DNA of 64,000 nt from an uncultured Chloroflexia bacterium (GCA_963712745.1 CAVQJC010000020.1:1-64000), one strand, 5' to 3'; positions 27,606 to 37,890 are shown, counted from the stretch's first letter. Notes: a model not told the origin generated them from the sequence alone. Program-made: numbers and translations.

Positions 27606-28346
27606 ATGCGTCGCCACTGGAAGCTCGCCGCTCTCATCCTCGTCATCGTCCTGGTGGTCGCGGGGGCGTTGGCCTACCTCTGGCTGAACAACCTGGTCGA
27701 CCCCATGCCGGAGACCGAGCCGGCCATGATCTCCGACGAGGTCGTGACCGTGGACGACGAGCACTGGCTCACGTTCACTCCCACCGATCCCTCCACTACC
27801 GGCTTCATCTTCTACCCCGGCGGCCGAGTCCCCGCCCAGGCCTATGCCCCGCCGGTTCGGGCCATCGCCGAAGCCGGTCACACCAGCATCGTCGTGCCCA
27901 TGCCGTTCGGACTCGCGGTCCTCTCCCCCGACGCCGCCGACGATGTCATCGAAGCGCATCCTGACATCGAACGCTGGGTCATCGGAGGTCACTCGCTGGG
28001 CGGCGCCATGGCCGCCCAGTACGCCCGGGGCCACGACACCATCGATGGCCTCGCCCTGTGGGCGGCCTACCCGCCCGACGGCACGGACCTGAGCGACAGC
28101 GACCTGGCGGTGAGCTCGATCTACGCCACCGAGGACGGACTGGCCACGGCCGACGAGATCGCCGCCTCCCGGGCTCAGCTGCCGGCCGAGGCGACGTTCG
28201 TGGAGATCGACGGCGGCAACCACGCCCAGTTCGGCTGGTACGGAGAGCAGGACGGCGACGGCGCGGCCACCATCACGCGCGAGGAACAGCAGACCCAGGT
28301 GGTGGCGGCCACGCTCGAACTCATCGAGGCGGTCGCTGCCCGGTAG
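27606..28346 (+). CDS. Alpha/beta hydrolase with N-terminal membrane anchor
   Basis: FYPGG, GGHSLGG, GGNHAQFGWYG. Confidence 0.88.
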   Translation: MRRHWKLAALILVIVLVVAGALAYLWLNNLVDPMPETEPAMISDEVVTVDDEHWLTFTPTDPSTTGFIFYPGGRVPAQAYAPPVRAIAEAGHTSIVVPMPFGLAVLSPDAADDVIEAHPDIERWVIGGHSLGGAMAAQYARGHDTIDGLALWAAYPPDGTDLSDSDLAVSSIYATEDGLATADEIAASRAQLPAEATFVEIDGGNHAQFGWYGEQDGDGAATITREEQQTQVVAATLELIEAVAAR

Positions 28347-28351
28347 CTGTC

Positions 28352-28732
28352 CTAGCCGGCAGCCGCCCGGACGGTGTCCTTGAGCGAGAGCTGGAGCGAA
28401 CCCAGGTTCAGCTCGTAGATCTCCACCTCGAACCGGTGCTCGCCCGGACGCAGGCGGTAGCCGGTGATATGGAAGGTGACCACGTCGCCGCGACTGAAGG
28501 CGACAGGCGCTTTGCGGGACACGTCAGCCGCACGGTGGACAGTGTCTTCACCCACCCGCGAGGCCGTTATGGCCGCCGGGTCGATGACCGTGCCGTCCAC
28601 GGAGACCGTGCCGATGCCCACGAGGGTGCCGTCGCCCATGCCGTTGCGGGCCTGAAGCGAGAAACCGTCGCCCTCGTGCCGAAGGCTGCCCGAGACATAG
28701 AACTGGCGGACGAGGAAGTCGGGGACGCGCAT
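28352..28732 (-). CDS. Hypothetical protein
   Basis: Coding-like ORF; TAGGCT-N6-ATG leaderless start. Confidence 0.7.
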   Translation of the reverse strand: MRVPDFLVRQFYVSGSLRHEGDGFSLQARNGMGDGTLVGIGTVSVDGTVIDPAAITASRVGEDTVHRAADVSRKAPVAFSRGDVVTFHITGYRLRPGEHRFEVEIYELNLGSLQLSLKDTVRAAAG

Positions 28733-28770
28733 CGACCGAGCCTAGCGGACCGGAGCGGACCCGGTCGACT

Positions 28771-29150
28771 TCAGGCCGCCCACGGTGGTAGCTCATCGAA
28801 GCGGAGGTGGAAGCAGCAAGTCTCTGCGACCACGCGTCGTACCTGCTCGTCGGAGGCGCGACGAGGATCCCAGCCGTAGAAGAACCCGGCAGCACCGGCG
28901 TCGCACATGACCGCCCGGGTCGCGCGCAGCACCTGCAACGGGTCGCTGACCTCGACCGCGGTGGCCGCGTAGCGAGTGTCGCCCACGAGCACCTCGGCGC
29001 GCGGTCGGGCGCGCAGGTTGTGGGCCCACCCCGTACTGCGGCCGAACCCGGCCAGGACCGCCACTCCTGCGCGCAGCAGCCAGTGAAGGAGGCGCATGCC
29101 CGGGCCCATATCGGAAACGATGCGGAGACCGGCCCACTGCTCCCAGTGCC
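28771..29150 (-). pseudogene. Deazaflavin (F420)-dependent nitroreductase-family fragment
   Basis: GFGRSTGWAHNLRARPRAEV motif; N-terminal half appears deleted. Confidence 0.5.
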
Positions 29151-29197
29151 GAACGACCCTACCGCACACCGCTCCAAGACCTCAGGGTCGGCGTCAC

Positions 29198-30427
29198 ATG
29201 CGTGAGCCCATCGTCGCCGCCATCGAGCGACACCTTGATGCCCTCGTCCTGGGGCACCCGGACCGACACGTCGGACGAGTCGGCAACACCGCAGCGGTCG
29301 ACCATGCAGAGGCCACCTTCCGCGTGCACGGCTGGGAGGTGGAGTCGGTCGACTTCGAGGCCCTCGACTGCGATACCGGTGAGGCACACCTGCGGGTCGG
29401 TGGGCGCGACTTCGAGGTCCTGCCGGGGCCGTACACCACGCCGGTCGACACCACCGCCCCGCTCCTGCCCGCGGAATCGCTGAGCGACCTCGAAACGGCC
29501 CACCTCGCGGGCGCGATCGTGCTGCTTCACGGCGAGATCGCGGCCGACCAGCTCTTCCCCAAGTCGTTCGACTTCGTCGAGGCACCCGCGCATCGGCGCA
29601 TCTACGAGCTCCTGGAACAAGGTGCGCCGGCGGCTGTCATCGGGGCCACCGGTCGCGGCGGGGGCATGGGCGGAGGTCTCTACCCATATCCGCTGATCGA
29701 GGACGGCGACTTCGACATCCCCAACGCCTACACCACCGAAGAGGTCGGCAGCGAGCTCGTGTGGCTGGCCGGCCGTGAGGCAGCACTGCGCATCGAGGCC
29801 GAGCGGCGCACGGTCCTGGCGCGGCAGATCACCGCTGCCCGCGGTCCGCGCGGCGCGCCACGAGCGCTGGTCATCGCCCACATCGACACAAAGGGCGGCT
29901 CCCCCGGCGCCATCGACAACGGTACCGGCGTGGCTGCCCTCCTGGCCGTCGGACGGCTGCTCGACGATTACGAAGGTCCGTTCCGAGTCGAACTCATCCC
30001 CATGAACGGCGAGGACTACTACGCCAGCAGCGGCGAGCACATCTTCGTGGCCGCCAACGACGGCCGCTGGGAAGAGCTCCTGGGAACGGTCAACATGGAC
30101 GCCATCGGGGCTCGCGACGCGGGGACCGCTCTCTCGATGTACCAGGTCAGCGAGCGCGGCAACGAGCTCATCCATCGCGTCCTGCGCCGGCATCCGACCA
30201 TCAGCATCGGCGAGGAGTGGTACGAGAGCGATCACAGCATCGTGGCCGGGCACGGCCGTCCGACGATCGCGCTCACCTCCGCCTCCTTCCGGGAACTGTG
30301 TGCCACTGTCACCCACACCGAGCGCGACACGCTCGACCTGGTCGACCCCGCAGAGGTCGTCCGCGTAGCCGAGTTCGTGGCCGACCTCATCCGCGCCCTG
30401 CCAGCGGTGGGCGGCCCCGAGGCCTGA
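29198..30427 (+). CDS. M28-family peptidase with PA-like domain
   Basis: AHIDT, GAIDNGTG, GED, NMD, SDH, HTERDT. Confidence 0.85.
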   Translation: MREPIVAAIERHLDALVLGHPDRHVGRVGNTAAVDHAEATFRVHGWEVESVDFEALDCDTGEAHLRVGGRDFEVLPGPYTTPVDTTAPLLPAESLSDLETAHLAGAIVLLHGEIAADQLFPKSFDFVEAPAHRRIYELLEQGAPAAVIGATGRGGGMGGGLYPYPLIEDGDFDIPNAYTTEEVGSELVWLAGREAALRIEAERRTVLARQITAARGPRGAPRALVIAHIDTKGGSPGAIDNGTGVAALLAVGRLLDDYEGPFRVELIPMNGEDYYASSGEHIFVAANDGRWEELLGTVNMDAIGARDAGTALSMYQVSERGNELIHRVLRRHPTISIGEEWYESDHSIVAGHGRPTIALTSASFRELCATVTHTERDTLDLVDPAEVVRVAEFVADLIRALPAVGGPEA

Positions 30428-30890
30428 CGGTCCCGAGTCAAGCGGTGGAAACCTCCCTTGCACCTACGTCGTCACGTCTGAAGGCAGCTCGCGCGACGAC
30501 GCCGAGTTCCAGGCTGAGCTCGACGAGCGGGCTCACAGGCTGCAGGGCTACGTTCCGCCGCATCGGGTGTGGGGTCCACTGGGGCTGGACCCTGGAGACC
30601 CTCTGGCGTCGTATCTTCGGTTCGGGCGAACGGGGGCCATGCACGTCGTCTTCGGATGGCCGAAGGTCTTGGCGGTGACCTGCTCGCGCGAGGACGAGAC
30701 CCAGGACGTGTCGTCGCCCGGCCCTGTCGCAGCGAGGTTCCGTCTTGGGCAACCTCGTCGGAAACCAAGGCAACCGTCGCGCTGGCGGGACAATCCAACT
30801 AGATACTTGCCCAGGAACTGGCCGCACATCTCCGCCAGGCGGTCTCTCCGGTGGGGTTGCGCACCGCGTCGTGCTCACGGCGGAGGCGGC

Positions 30891-31090
30891 GTGACGCCTC
30901 GGCCTCCCCTCCCCGGCAGCGGCCGACCCGGCGCCAGCTCGAGGTCCTGCGGGCGTACATCCGGGCGGGCTCCGTCGCGGCCGCGGCCTACGAGCTCGGC
31001 ATCGGCGAGACGACGGTGCGGCAGCATCTCTCGGGGCTGTACCGGCGGACGGGCTGCGTCAACGCGGCGCAGGCGGCGTACTGGCTGGGC
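30891..31090 (+). pseudogene. Stand-alone LuxR-type HTH mini-gene or fragment
   Basis: PTRRQLEVL..AAYELGIGETTVRQHLSGLYRRTG; second copy at ~32300-32429. Confidence 0.6.
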
Positions 31091-31195
31091 ACGAGATGTC
31101 TCGATAGCGACGTGACGCCGCGTGCGGCCTCCCAGCCGCGGAGGTCGCCCTCAGGAAGTCGACGCTGACCCGTCCTCTGCTACCACGAACCTCGT

Positions 31196-31231
31196 CGGGG
31201 TGTAGCGCAGCGGTAGCGCACATGCTTGGGA
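31196..31231 (+). pseudogene. tRNA-Pro 5'-half fragment (att-like)
   Basis: CGGGGTGTAGCGCAGCGGTAGCGCACATGCTTGGGA: acceptor strand, D-arm and anticodon loop; no T-arm follows. Confidence 0.65.
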
Positions 31232-31344
31232 AGCCTTTCAGGCTCGAGGCCGCGAGCGTGACGAGTTGAGCGGCGAAGGCGCCGATCATCGTGCGGTTCG
31301 TTAGCGCGAACCGAGCATCTTCCGCCTTCCTGCCGCGACCGTTC

Positions 31345-31968
31345 CTACCTGCTGGCCCCGCTCGCGTCCTCGGCCGTGAGTTCGTCGCCGCAGACCTCGA
31401 AGGCGGCCTGGAACTCAGGTGACTTCTTGTCGATCTCGACATCGCTGCCCGCGAACCTCGATCCATCGGAAGCCGGGTCAGGCCAGTCGAGCCCCTGGTC
31501 ACGCATGCACGCGGCCAAACGAAGTGCCGCCTCCGTTTGCTCGGCCTGTAGCGCTGGGTCGAGCGCGGGCTTCATGGCGACGAGATAGTCGCCGCAGTCC
31601 GCCTGAGCGGCTGCGAAGGTCTCGTCGCCTTCGCCCGACTTGAGGGCAGCCTTGAAGGCCGGCTTGGACACGAGATTCCCGTCGACATCGAACTGGGGGT
31701 CGTCCGTTTCGATGCCGTGTTCCCGCATGCACGCGGCGTACGCAATCAGTGAATCCTCGGCGCTCAACTCCGGAGTCGGCGTGGTACTGGCCTGGGGGCT
31801 GGGAGGCGGTGTGCCCAGGGTCGCTACCTGTGCCTGCGCGGTCGGTGTCGTCTCGGCAACGGCCGCGAGCCCGATGCTGGCGAGCGCGAGGCCTCCGGCG
31901 ATCAGCGTGAAGGCGACGAGGCGCGGGACAGGGTGTCTGTGGTTGCGGATCGGTCGGATGAGGGACAT
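31345..31968 (-). CDS. Secreted protein with duplicated AACMRxxG..DP motif
   Basis: Signal peptide; YAACMREHG and LAACMRDQG repeats. Confidence 0.8.
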   Translation of the reverse strand: MSLIRPIRNHRHPVPRLVAFTLIAGGLALASIGLAAVAETTPTAQAQVATLGTPPPSPQASTTPTPELSAEDSLIAYAACMREHGIETDDPQFDVDGNLVSKPAFKAALKSGEGDETFAAAQADCGDYLVAMKPALDPALQAEQTEAALRLAACMRDQGLDWPDPASDGSRFAGSDVEIDKKSPEFQAAFEVCGDELTAEDASGASR

Positions 31969-32156
31969 GTGTCGGAGATCTCCCTGCCGTTGGGCCCTCG
32001 GCTTGATCGACGTGCCCTACGTGATGAAGACTAACCGTACTGGCGCCGCCACCCGTCAACTGGTCGGGATGGCGCGTCAGGCATCCGAGAGGAAGGTGGA
32101 CTCGCGTAGGGAGAACCAGCCACCCGCTGTGTACCCTACCCACGCACGACCTCCGT

Positions 32157-32193
32157 CGGGGTGTAGCACAGCGGTAGCGCACATGGCTTGGGA
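32157..32193 (+). pseudogene. tRNA-Pro 5'-half fragment, second copy
   Basis: CGGGGTGTAGCACAGCGGTAGCGCACATGGCTTGGGA; shares flanks with the 31196 copy. Confidence 0.65.
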
Positions 32194-32299
32194 GCCTTTC
32201 ATGCCGCGACCGTACACCCTCGAGTCACTCGAAGGTCAAGAGGTCACCGAGCCCAGAGCGAGGCCGAGTGCCGGCGAGTGTCCATCGCGCCGGCTCGGT

Positions 32300-32429
32300 C
32301 GCGGCTGCGCCCACGAGCTCGGCATCAGCGAGACGACGGTCCGCCAGCATCTGTCTGGTCTGTACCGGCGGACCGGGTGTGTGAACGCGGCGCAGGCGGC
32401 GTACTGGTTGGGGACGGGGCAGCTCGTGA
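32300..32429 (+). pseudogene. LuxR-type HTH fragment, second copy
   Basis: AHELGISETTVRQHLSGLYRRTGCVNAAQAAYWLG. Confidence 0.6.
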
Positions 32430-32451
32430 GCACGCGAGCCGGGGGTCGCAG

Positions 32452-33003
32452 CTACCCCTCGGGGGAGGACTCGGGCACCGGCGGTGGCCCCTCCGGGGTG
32501 ATGTGGCCGCTCAACTTGCAGCAGGGGCTGTTGTAGTCGATGACGACGTAGGCCATCAGGCCCTCGTAAACACCCTCACCGACGAGCCAGCCCGATACTT
32601 GGTCGGTCCCCTCGTCTTCAATCGTGATGGAGTCCAAGGTGCCCTCCCACGCACCGTCGTCGTTGACGACCCGGACGAGGGAGGAACCGATGACCCCGGT
32701 CACACCTGTCGCCGAGTCGCTGAGGGCTCCCTGCCGATAGTCCAGGGTGGTGCCGGAGTTCGTCATCAGCCCATCGATCCGTGAGTCGTTCGAGGCCCAC
32801 CGGGCGCTGAGCACGAAGGTTTCGGCGACGACGCCATCCGGACGTGTCTCGCTCGTCTCGACGGTGTAGCTGGGGTCGAGCCCGCCATCGCCGCTGAAGA
32901 ACGACGGGGCCATGGGGTCTTCGGACTGCGCGACGACCCCGATGGTCGAGGCCACGAGCAGGCCGATGGCGATGGCGGCGATGCGGGATGTGAGCTTCTT
33001 CAC
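32452..33003 (-). CDS. Secreted protein (SDPR...GEGxYEGL domain)
   Basis: AAGGAG RBS, signal peptide. Confidence 0.8.
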   Translation of the reverse strand: MKKLTSRIAAIAIGLLVASTIGVVAQSEDPMAPSFFSGDGGLDPSYTVETSETRPDGVVAETFVLSARWASNDSRIDGLMTNSGTTLDYRQGALSDSATGVTGVIGSSLVRVVNDDGAWEGTLDSITIEDEGTDQVSGWLVGEGVYEGLMAYVVIDYNSPCCKLSGHITPEGPPPVPESSPEG

Positions 33004-33080
33004 GTCGTTCTCCTTGTTCAGACCCGTTTCGCGGGATGGGTGGCTAGTCGTGGATAAGCCGCCACCTGTGGCAGACCGGC

Positions 33081-34511
33081 CTAGTCGGTGGCCGCCACGG
33101 CCTCGGGGGTGATGACGTAGAGACCTCGACGGTGCTCGAGGAATCTGGCGGCGCTGACCGTCACCCAGGCGGTGGCGTCTGGACCGAGCTCGATGTCATA
33201 GGTACCGAACGACGACTCCTTCTTGTCGCTGACAACGAACCCGTTGAGCGGGTCGCTGGCCCAGTCGGCCAGGACTTCCGGGTAGCGTCTCCACCGCACG
33301 CCGTCGAACGAGACCGGCAACGTGAGCCCTCTGACGTCGCTCAGGTCCAGGTCGATGTTGGCGCGGCCACGGTCCTGCGCCGAGTAGGCGTCGGTGAGCC
33401 AGACCGTGCCATCGGGGCCGACGGCCTCGATCGTCGAGCCGAATGTGTCAGCGGCGAGCACATATGGGAATGCCTTCCAGGCCCCGCCATCGAAGCGTGC
33501 GAGGTGGCGTTCTTCCTCGCCGAGCTCATCGTCTGACCGGATCTCGGCCCAGAGGATGCCGTCCCGATTGCTCGCGAGGCCGATGACACCGTGGTCCTCT
33601 TCGCCGCCAAGGGGTCGCACGACCTCCCAGGTCGCACCGTCGAACCGGAGCAGGCCGCCCTCGGGGATGCCCAGCCAGACCGTGCCGTCGGGCGTGATCT
33701 CGATGCTCCATGTTTCGCCGCAATCCGGTCCGCATGGCCAGGCAGGGAGGCCATCGCCGATGGAGTACATGGACCATCCCGCTGGACCGAGCCGCAGGAG
33801 GGACACGTGAGCGATATCGCCGCAGCTCGCACCGACCGCCCAGGCGACACCGTCGGGGCCGACGGCCAGGCTGGGGAGATAGTCCGGTGGCCATCGTGGG
33901 TCGGGACCCGACACGGGGGCCTCCAGGCCCTCGCTCCGTAGCGTCCATGACTGGCCGTCGAAGGAAGAGATGGGTGGAAGCACGTCCGCGCAGCTGTCCT
34001 TGCCCGTGGCCCACAGGGTCCCGTCAGGTCCGAGGGCCAGGTCCCCCGCGATGGACCCGCGATGGCCCTGCCGGCCGAGCTCGCGGACGCTGCCGGCTGT
34101 CCACGTCCAGACCGTTCCGTCATCGCTGACGATGATCCCTTCGATGCTCGCCATCTCCTGGCCCGTTCCGTCAGCCGCGATCTTCAGCACACCAGGTGCC
34201 ACCTCTTCCGTCTCCAAGCGGGCCAACAGCTCATCGGTCGCTCGTAGCGAGGCGTCGGGCGACGCGACCGCCGGCACGGGCTGGTCGCTCGACTGCGACC
34301 ACACCCCAGCGAGGAGGAAGCCGCCGAACAGCGCCACGATGACGCCGGCGACGACGAATCTGGTGGCGCTGAACATGGCGACGAGCCGCGTCTTCGGGAC
34401 CGTGGTCGTGGCCGCGAGGACCGATGCCGTCACGTCGACGAAGGGTTCAGGGCCGGCCATATGCCGGAGCCTCGCGGCGAGTTGCCGTTCGAAGGCGCTC
34501 ATGTCGTCCAT
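33081..34511 (-). CDS. Anti-sigma-like membrane protein with extracytoplasmic beta-propeller
   Basis: Coupled to the sigma gene; FERQLAARL N-terminus, one TM helix, GPDGTxW and FDGxxW repeats. Confidence 0.75.
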   Translation of the reverse strand: MDDMSAFERQLAARLRHMAGPEPFVDVTASVLAATTTVPKTRLVAMFSATRFVVAGVIVALFGGFLLAGVWSQSSDQPVPAVASPDASLRATDELLARLETEEVAPGVLKIAADGTGQEMASIEGIIVSDDGTVWTWTAGSVRELGRQGHRGSIAGDLALGPDGTLWATGKDSCADVLPPISSFDGQSWTLRSEGLEAPVSGPDPRWPPDYLPSLAVGPDGVAWAVGASCGDIAHVSLLRLGPAGWSMYSIGDGLPAWPCGPDCGETWSIEITPDGTVWLGIPEGGLLRFDGATWEVVRPLGGEEDHGVIGLASNRDGILWAEIRSDDELGEEERHLARFDGGAWKAFPYVLAADTFGSTIEAVGPDGTVWLTDAYSAQDRGRANIDLDLSDVRGLTLPVSFDGVRWRRYPEVLADWASDPLNGFVVSDKKESSFGTYDIELGPDATAWVTVSAARFLEHRRGLYVITPEAVAATD

Positions 34512-35053
34512 CAGGCGAGTTCCCCCCTGAGTCGTGCGAGAAGGCGTTCGAGGCGCGTGCGCGTGCCCGACGGGCTGAGACCGATGGCGATCGAGAGCTC
34601 GGTCGCATCGAAGCCCGCGACGTAGCGCATCGCGAGCAGGGCCCGGTCATCAGGGTCGAGCCGCATGAGCGCGGCGTCGAGGTCCATCGAGTCGATGCCG
34701 GTGGCCGGGTCGACCCCACCCGCCGGTTCTGACGGCACGGAGAGGGCCTCGACCTGGGAGCGTCGGTGCCGCTTGCGCATGAGCTGCTTCGTCTCGTTGA
34801 CCGCGATCGAGACGAGCCAGGGCCGGAGTCGCTCGGGCTCTCGGACCGAGCCGAGCTTGCGCCAGGCGATGGCCCAGGCCGCCTGGACGGCGTCGGCCGC
34901 GATGGCGTGGTCATGGCCGACGGCGACGCAGACGCGGTGCATCTCCGCCTCGTAGGCCGCGACGATGCGACCGAAGGCGATCTCGTCCCCGGCGACCGCT
35001 GACGCCATGACCTTGACGAGGTCGACGTCAGCGGTCGTGATCATGGCCTCCAT
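34511..35053 (-). CDS. ECF RNA polymerase sigma factor
   Basis: GDEIAF..ADAVQAAW..AWRKL..RPWL; region 4 LDPDDRALLAMRY. Confidence 0.85.
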   Translation of the reverse strand: MEAMITTADVDLVKVMASAVAGDEIAFGRIVAAYEAEMHRVCVAVGHDHAIAADAVQAAWAIAWRKLGSVREPERLRPWLVSIAVNETKQLMRKRHRRSQVEALSVPSEPAGGVDPATGIDSMDLDAALMRLDPDDRALLAMRYVAGFDATELSIAIGLSPSGTRTRLERLLARLRGELA

Positions 35054-35354
35054 AGCAGGTAGATGCTTGGCGGGTGGCCAAGTGTCTCAGGTGACCCGCA
35101 GATAGCAAGCGCCACCTGCATGCGGTCCGCGACGACGCGACCTTGAAGGAGCCGGATGGACGTCGCCGCTTCTTGCATCGTCACTTGGCCGGGACCATCC
35201 CACATCCGTACGACATCCCGAACACCTGTACGACGCCTCGCTTGACGCCACCCTGACCGCCCCGTATCCCTGAGGACGTGCACCGACGTCCTCCCCTCCT
35301 CCATCCGCGTCGGGCCGGGCGAACTCCCCCCACCCGGCCGACGCGTTCCGTTCG

Positions 35355-35486
35355 ATGAGTCCCCTCGAGCTCGTCCTCTTCGGCGCCGCCTGCTACCTGT
35401 TCGGGCTCGTCTCCGGCGCTGTCGTCATCCCCTGGCTCGTGGACCGGGGCCTCTTCCCCGTCCGCCGGCATGGTCCGTGTGAATGA
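35355..35486 (+). CDS. Small single-TM phage-like protein
   Basis: MSPLELVLFGAACYLFGLVSGAVVIPW; overlaps the next ORF. Confidence 0.4.
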   Translation: MSPLELVLFGAACYLFGLVSGAVVIPWLVDRGLFPVRRHGPCE

Positions 35487-35679
35487 CGAAGGTCGTGCGC
35501 CCAACGACTATCGGTGGGCGAGGCAGGTGTCCGCGCTCCTGCTCATCGGGCTCGTCGTCGTCATCGTCGTCCTCGACGTCATCGTCGAAGGCTATGACGT
35601 GAGCCCGCCGGTGCTGATCCCGTTGCTCCTGACCGCGGCCGGGCTGCTCTCGGTCGACCTGCCGCGGGTGCGTCCCTGA
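35470..35679 (+). CDS. Two-TM holin-like protein
   Basis: Two TM helices; stop overlaps the peptidase start. Confidence 0.5.
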   Translation: MVRVNDEGRAPNDYRWARQVSALLLIGLVVVIVVLDVIVEGYDVSPPVLIPLLLTAAGLLSVDLPRVRP

Positions 35680-36827
35680 TGGCGGCGTACGAACGCACGG
35701 GACCCCTGAAGCTCGAGCGCCAGCTGGATGGCTCGGCTTCCGAAGCGTTCGACTGCGGCGTCGCGGCCTGCGTCATGGCCCTCGATGACGCGAGCTACGG
35801 CCTGGTCCGCCCCTCCACGGAAGCCGTCCGCAAGCGCATGGGCAACGACCGCGACGCTACGAACCCCGACCAGTGGAAGGCCGCCATCGACTCCTTCGCC
35901 GACCGTTTCGCGACAGTCGGCCTCCAGCCACCCAAGACCAGCGTCGTCCGGGGCAAGGGCCACGACGAGCTCTGGCGCCTCCTCCACGACCGCCGCCGCC
36001 GTGTCATCGCCGCCCTCCACTACGGCACCGTGGCCTCGGAGAAACGCTCGCTGTGGGCGAGCCGGAGTTTCCGGGGCAACCATGCCGTCTACCTGCGCGC
36101 GGCCACGCTCGTCGACGAGGCCCGCAAGGTGCCGGCGTACGACCCGCTCGCCGATGGGAGGTTCAAGGGCTGCCCGAACGGTCGGCGCCTCTGGCCGTTC
36201 TGGCTCGTGCGCGCCGCGACCGGCAACGTCCGGAACGACAAGGGGCGGCGCCTCTATCCCGGCGAGGACCGCTGGATCGGCCTCGTCGTCTCGAAGGCAA
36301 GGCCGATCGGCGAGCCCGACGATGGCGTCGATCCCGGTGACCCTGACGCCGGCGACCCGGACCTGCCCGACGCCACCGAGCTGCTCGAGGTCATCGCCGA
36401 CACCGCGGGCATGCTCGAGGACCACATCGCCAGGCTTGAGCGCGAACCTCAGCGCGTTGCAGCCGTACCTGCCGGCAGCGAAGGCGTCGGAGGCAGAGCC
36501 GACGGACGGCGTCGCAGCGTGAGCGCGATCAGCGACCTCCTCGCGTGGGTCCAGGGTGGGCTGCAAGGGCTTGGCCAAGCCGTGTCGGTGCGTGTCCGCG
36601 AGGAGCCGGTCCTGACCGTCGGGCTCTTCCGTGCCGCGGTCACGATGCTCGTCGGCTTCGGGCTCGGATGGAGCGGGGAGCAGGTGGCCCTGATGGTCGC
36701 CTTCGTGGAGGCCGTCACCGCCTGGGTCGCCCGTCGGCAGGTCACGCCGACCGAGAGCCCATCGTTGTCGGAAGGCCAGACCGTCCGCCTACCCGACGGG
36801 ACCGCGGCAGCGGTAGTCAAGGCCTGA
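35679..36827 (+). CDS. Papain-fold (C39-like) phage endolysin candidate, apparently fused to a holin-like ORF from ~36519
   Basis: DCGVAAC, GNHAV, YDPL triad; C-terminal EPVL..GEQVA..ARRQVTP holin-like segment. Confidence 0.55.
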   Translation: MAAYERTGPLKLERQLDGSASEAFDCGVAACVMALDDASYGLVRPSTEAVRKRMGNDRDATNPDQWKAAIDSFADRFATVGLQPPKTSVVRGKGHDELWRLLHDRRRRVIAALHYGTVASEKRSLWASRSFRGNHAVYLRAATLVDEARKVPAYDPLADGRFKGCPNGRRLWPFWLVRAATGNVRNDKGRRLYPGEDRWIGLVVSKARPIGEPDDGVDPGDPDAGDPDLPDATELLEVIADTAGMLEDHIARLEREPQRVAAVPAGSEGVGGRADGRRRSVSAISDLLAWVQGGLQGLGQAVSVRVREEPVLTVGLFRAAVTMLVGFGLGWSGEQVALMVAFVEAVTAWVARRQVTPTESPSLSEGQTVRLPDGTAAAVVKA

Positions 36828-36836
36828 CGGTCGTGG

Positions 36837-37217
36837 ATGGCTCGCTCCCGTGTCTGCGCCTGTCGGGGCTGCGAGCACCACGCCGGCGCCTGCGGCTGGC
36901 CCACGACGAACGAGCGTCGCTGCGACCGCTGCGGTCGGCCGGGCTTCGCCAACCGCTTCCGGCGCACGCCCGATCATCCCATCCGGCGGACGTCGGCGTG
37001 GCGACGGCTGGCGAAGCGGACGGTCGAGACGCACGTCGCGGTCCACGGCTGGACCTGTCCCGGCTGGCATCGCGAGCCGCATCCGGTGCGACCCGGCGGA
37101 CTCGCGGCCGACCATCCGATGCCGCTCGTCCTCGGGGGCGAGCCACTGCCGGCGCGGCCCGGTGTGCTCTGCGCGAGCTGCAACGCGCGGAAGGGGTTGA
37201 GCCAGCGGCGGCGATGA
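36837..37217 (+). CDS. HNH endonuclease (phage type)
   Basis: WRRL..CPG..ADHPMPLVLGG..LCASCNARKG. Confidence 0.75.
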   Translation: MARSRVCACRGCEHHAGACGWPTTNERRCDRCGRPGFANRFRRTPDHPIRRTSAWRRLAKRTVETHVAVHGWTCPGWHREPHPVRPGGLAADHPMPLVLGGEPLPARPGVLCASCNARKGLSQRRR

Positions 37218-37322
37218 GCGAGAGGATGACCCATCAGAAACTGGGATAGGTATGGGCGTCCGCTGCTCCTTAGAGTGTGAGAGCGCGAGGACGTGCTTCG
37301 CGCCGAAGCGGTGACACGCCAC

Positions 37323-37890
37323 ATGCAACGAGCGCTCGTCGAGCGGGCCCAGGCCGGCGATCTCGATGCCTTCACGGAGCTGGTGAAGGTCATACGCGCC
37401 GAGGCTCCATGGCGTCGCCAATCTCATCCTGCGCGACATCGAGCGTGCCCAGGATGCGGTCCAGGACGCACTGCTGATGGGCTGGCGTGACATCCGGGCG
37501 CTCCGCGAACCGGATGCGTTCGAAGCGTGGCTGCGCCGGCTCACCGTCCGTGCCTGCTATGGGGTCGCCCGAGAAGGAACGGCGCCGCGAGCAGGGTCGA
37601 GCTGCACGTGGTGCCCGACCCGGTCTTCAGCAGCACACCTGACGCGTCGGCCGAGCTCGCCGAGCGCGACTGGCTGTACGACATGCTCGGTCGACTCGCG
37701 ATCGACCAGCGTGTCGTCGTCGTCCTGCACTACTACCTCGACCTCCCCGTGACCGAGGTGGCCGAGATCCTCGACATCCCCTACGGGACCGCAGCGTCCC
37801 GTCTCCATCGTGGTCTCGACTCGATGCGCCGATCGATGCGCGTCGAGCCCGGGACGGCGCGCAGCCAGTCGGCCGAGGTGTCGTCGATGA
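37323..37890 (+). pseudogene. ECF sigma factor, frameshifted
   Basis: LVERAQAGDLDAF / AQDAVQDAL..WRDIRALREPDAFEAWL / LHYYLDLPVTEVAEIL..SRLHRG in three frames. Confidence 0.75.

Noticed and set aside
31196-32193. Functional tRNA-Pro genes or an intron-split tRNA
   Set aside because: No anticodon 3' strand, T-arm or acceptor 3' strand found in the window
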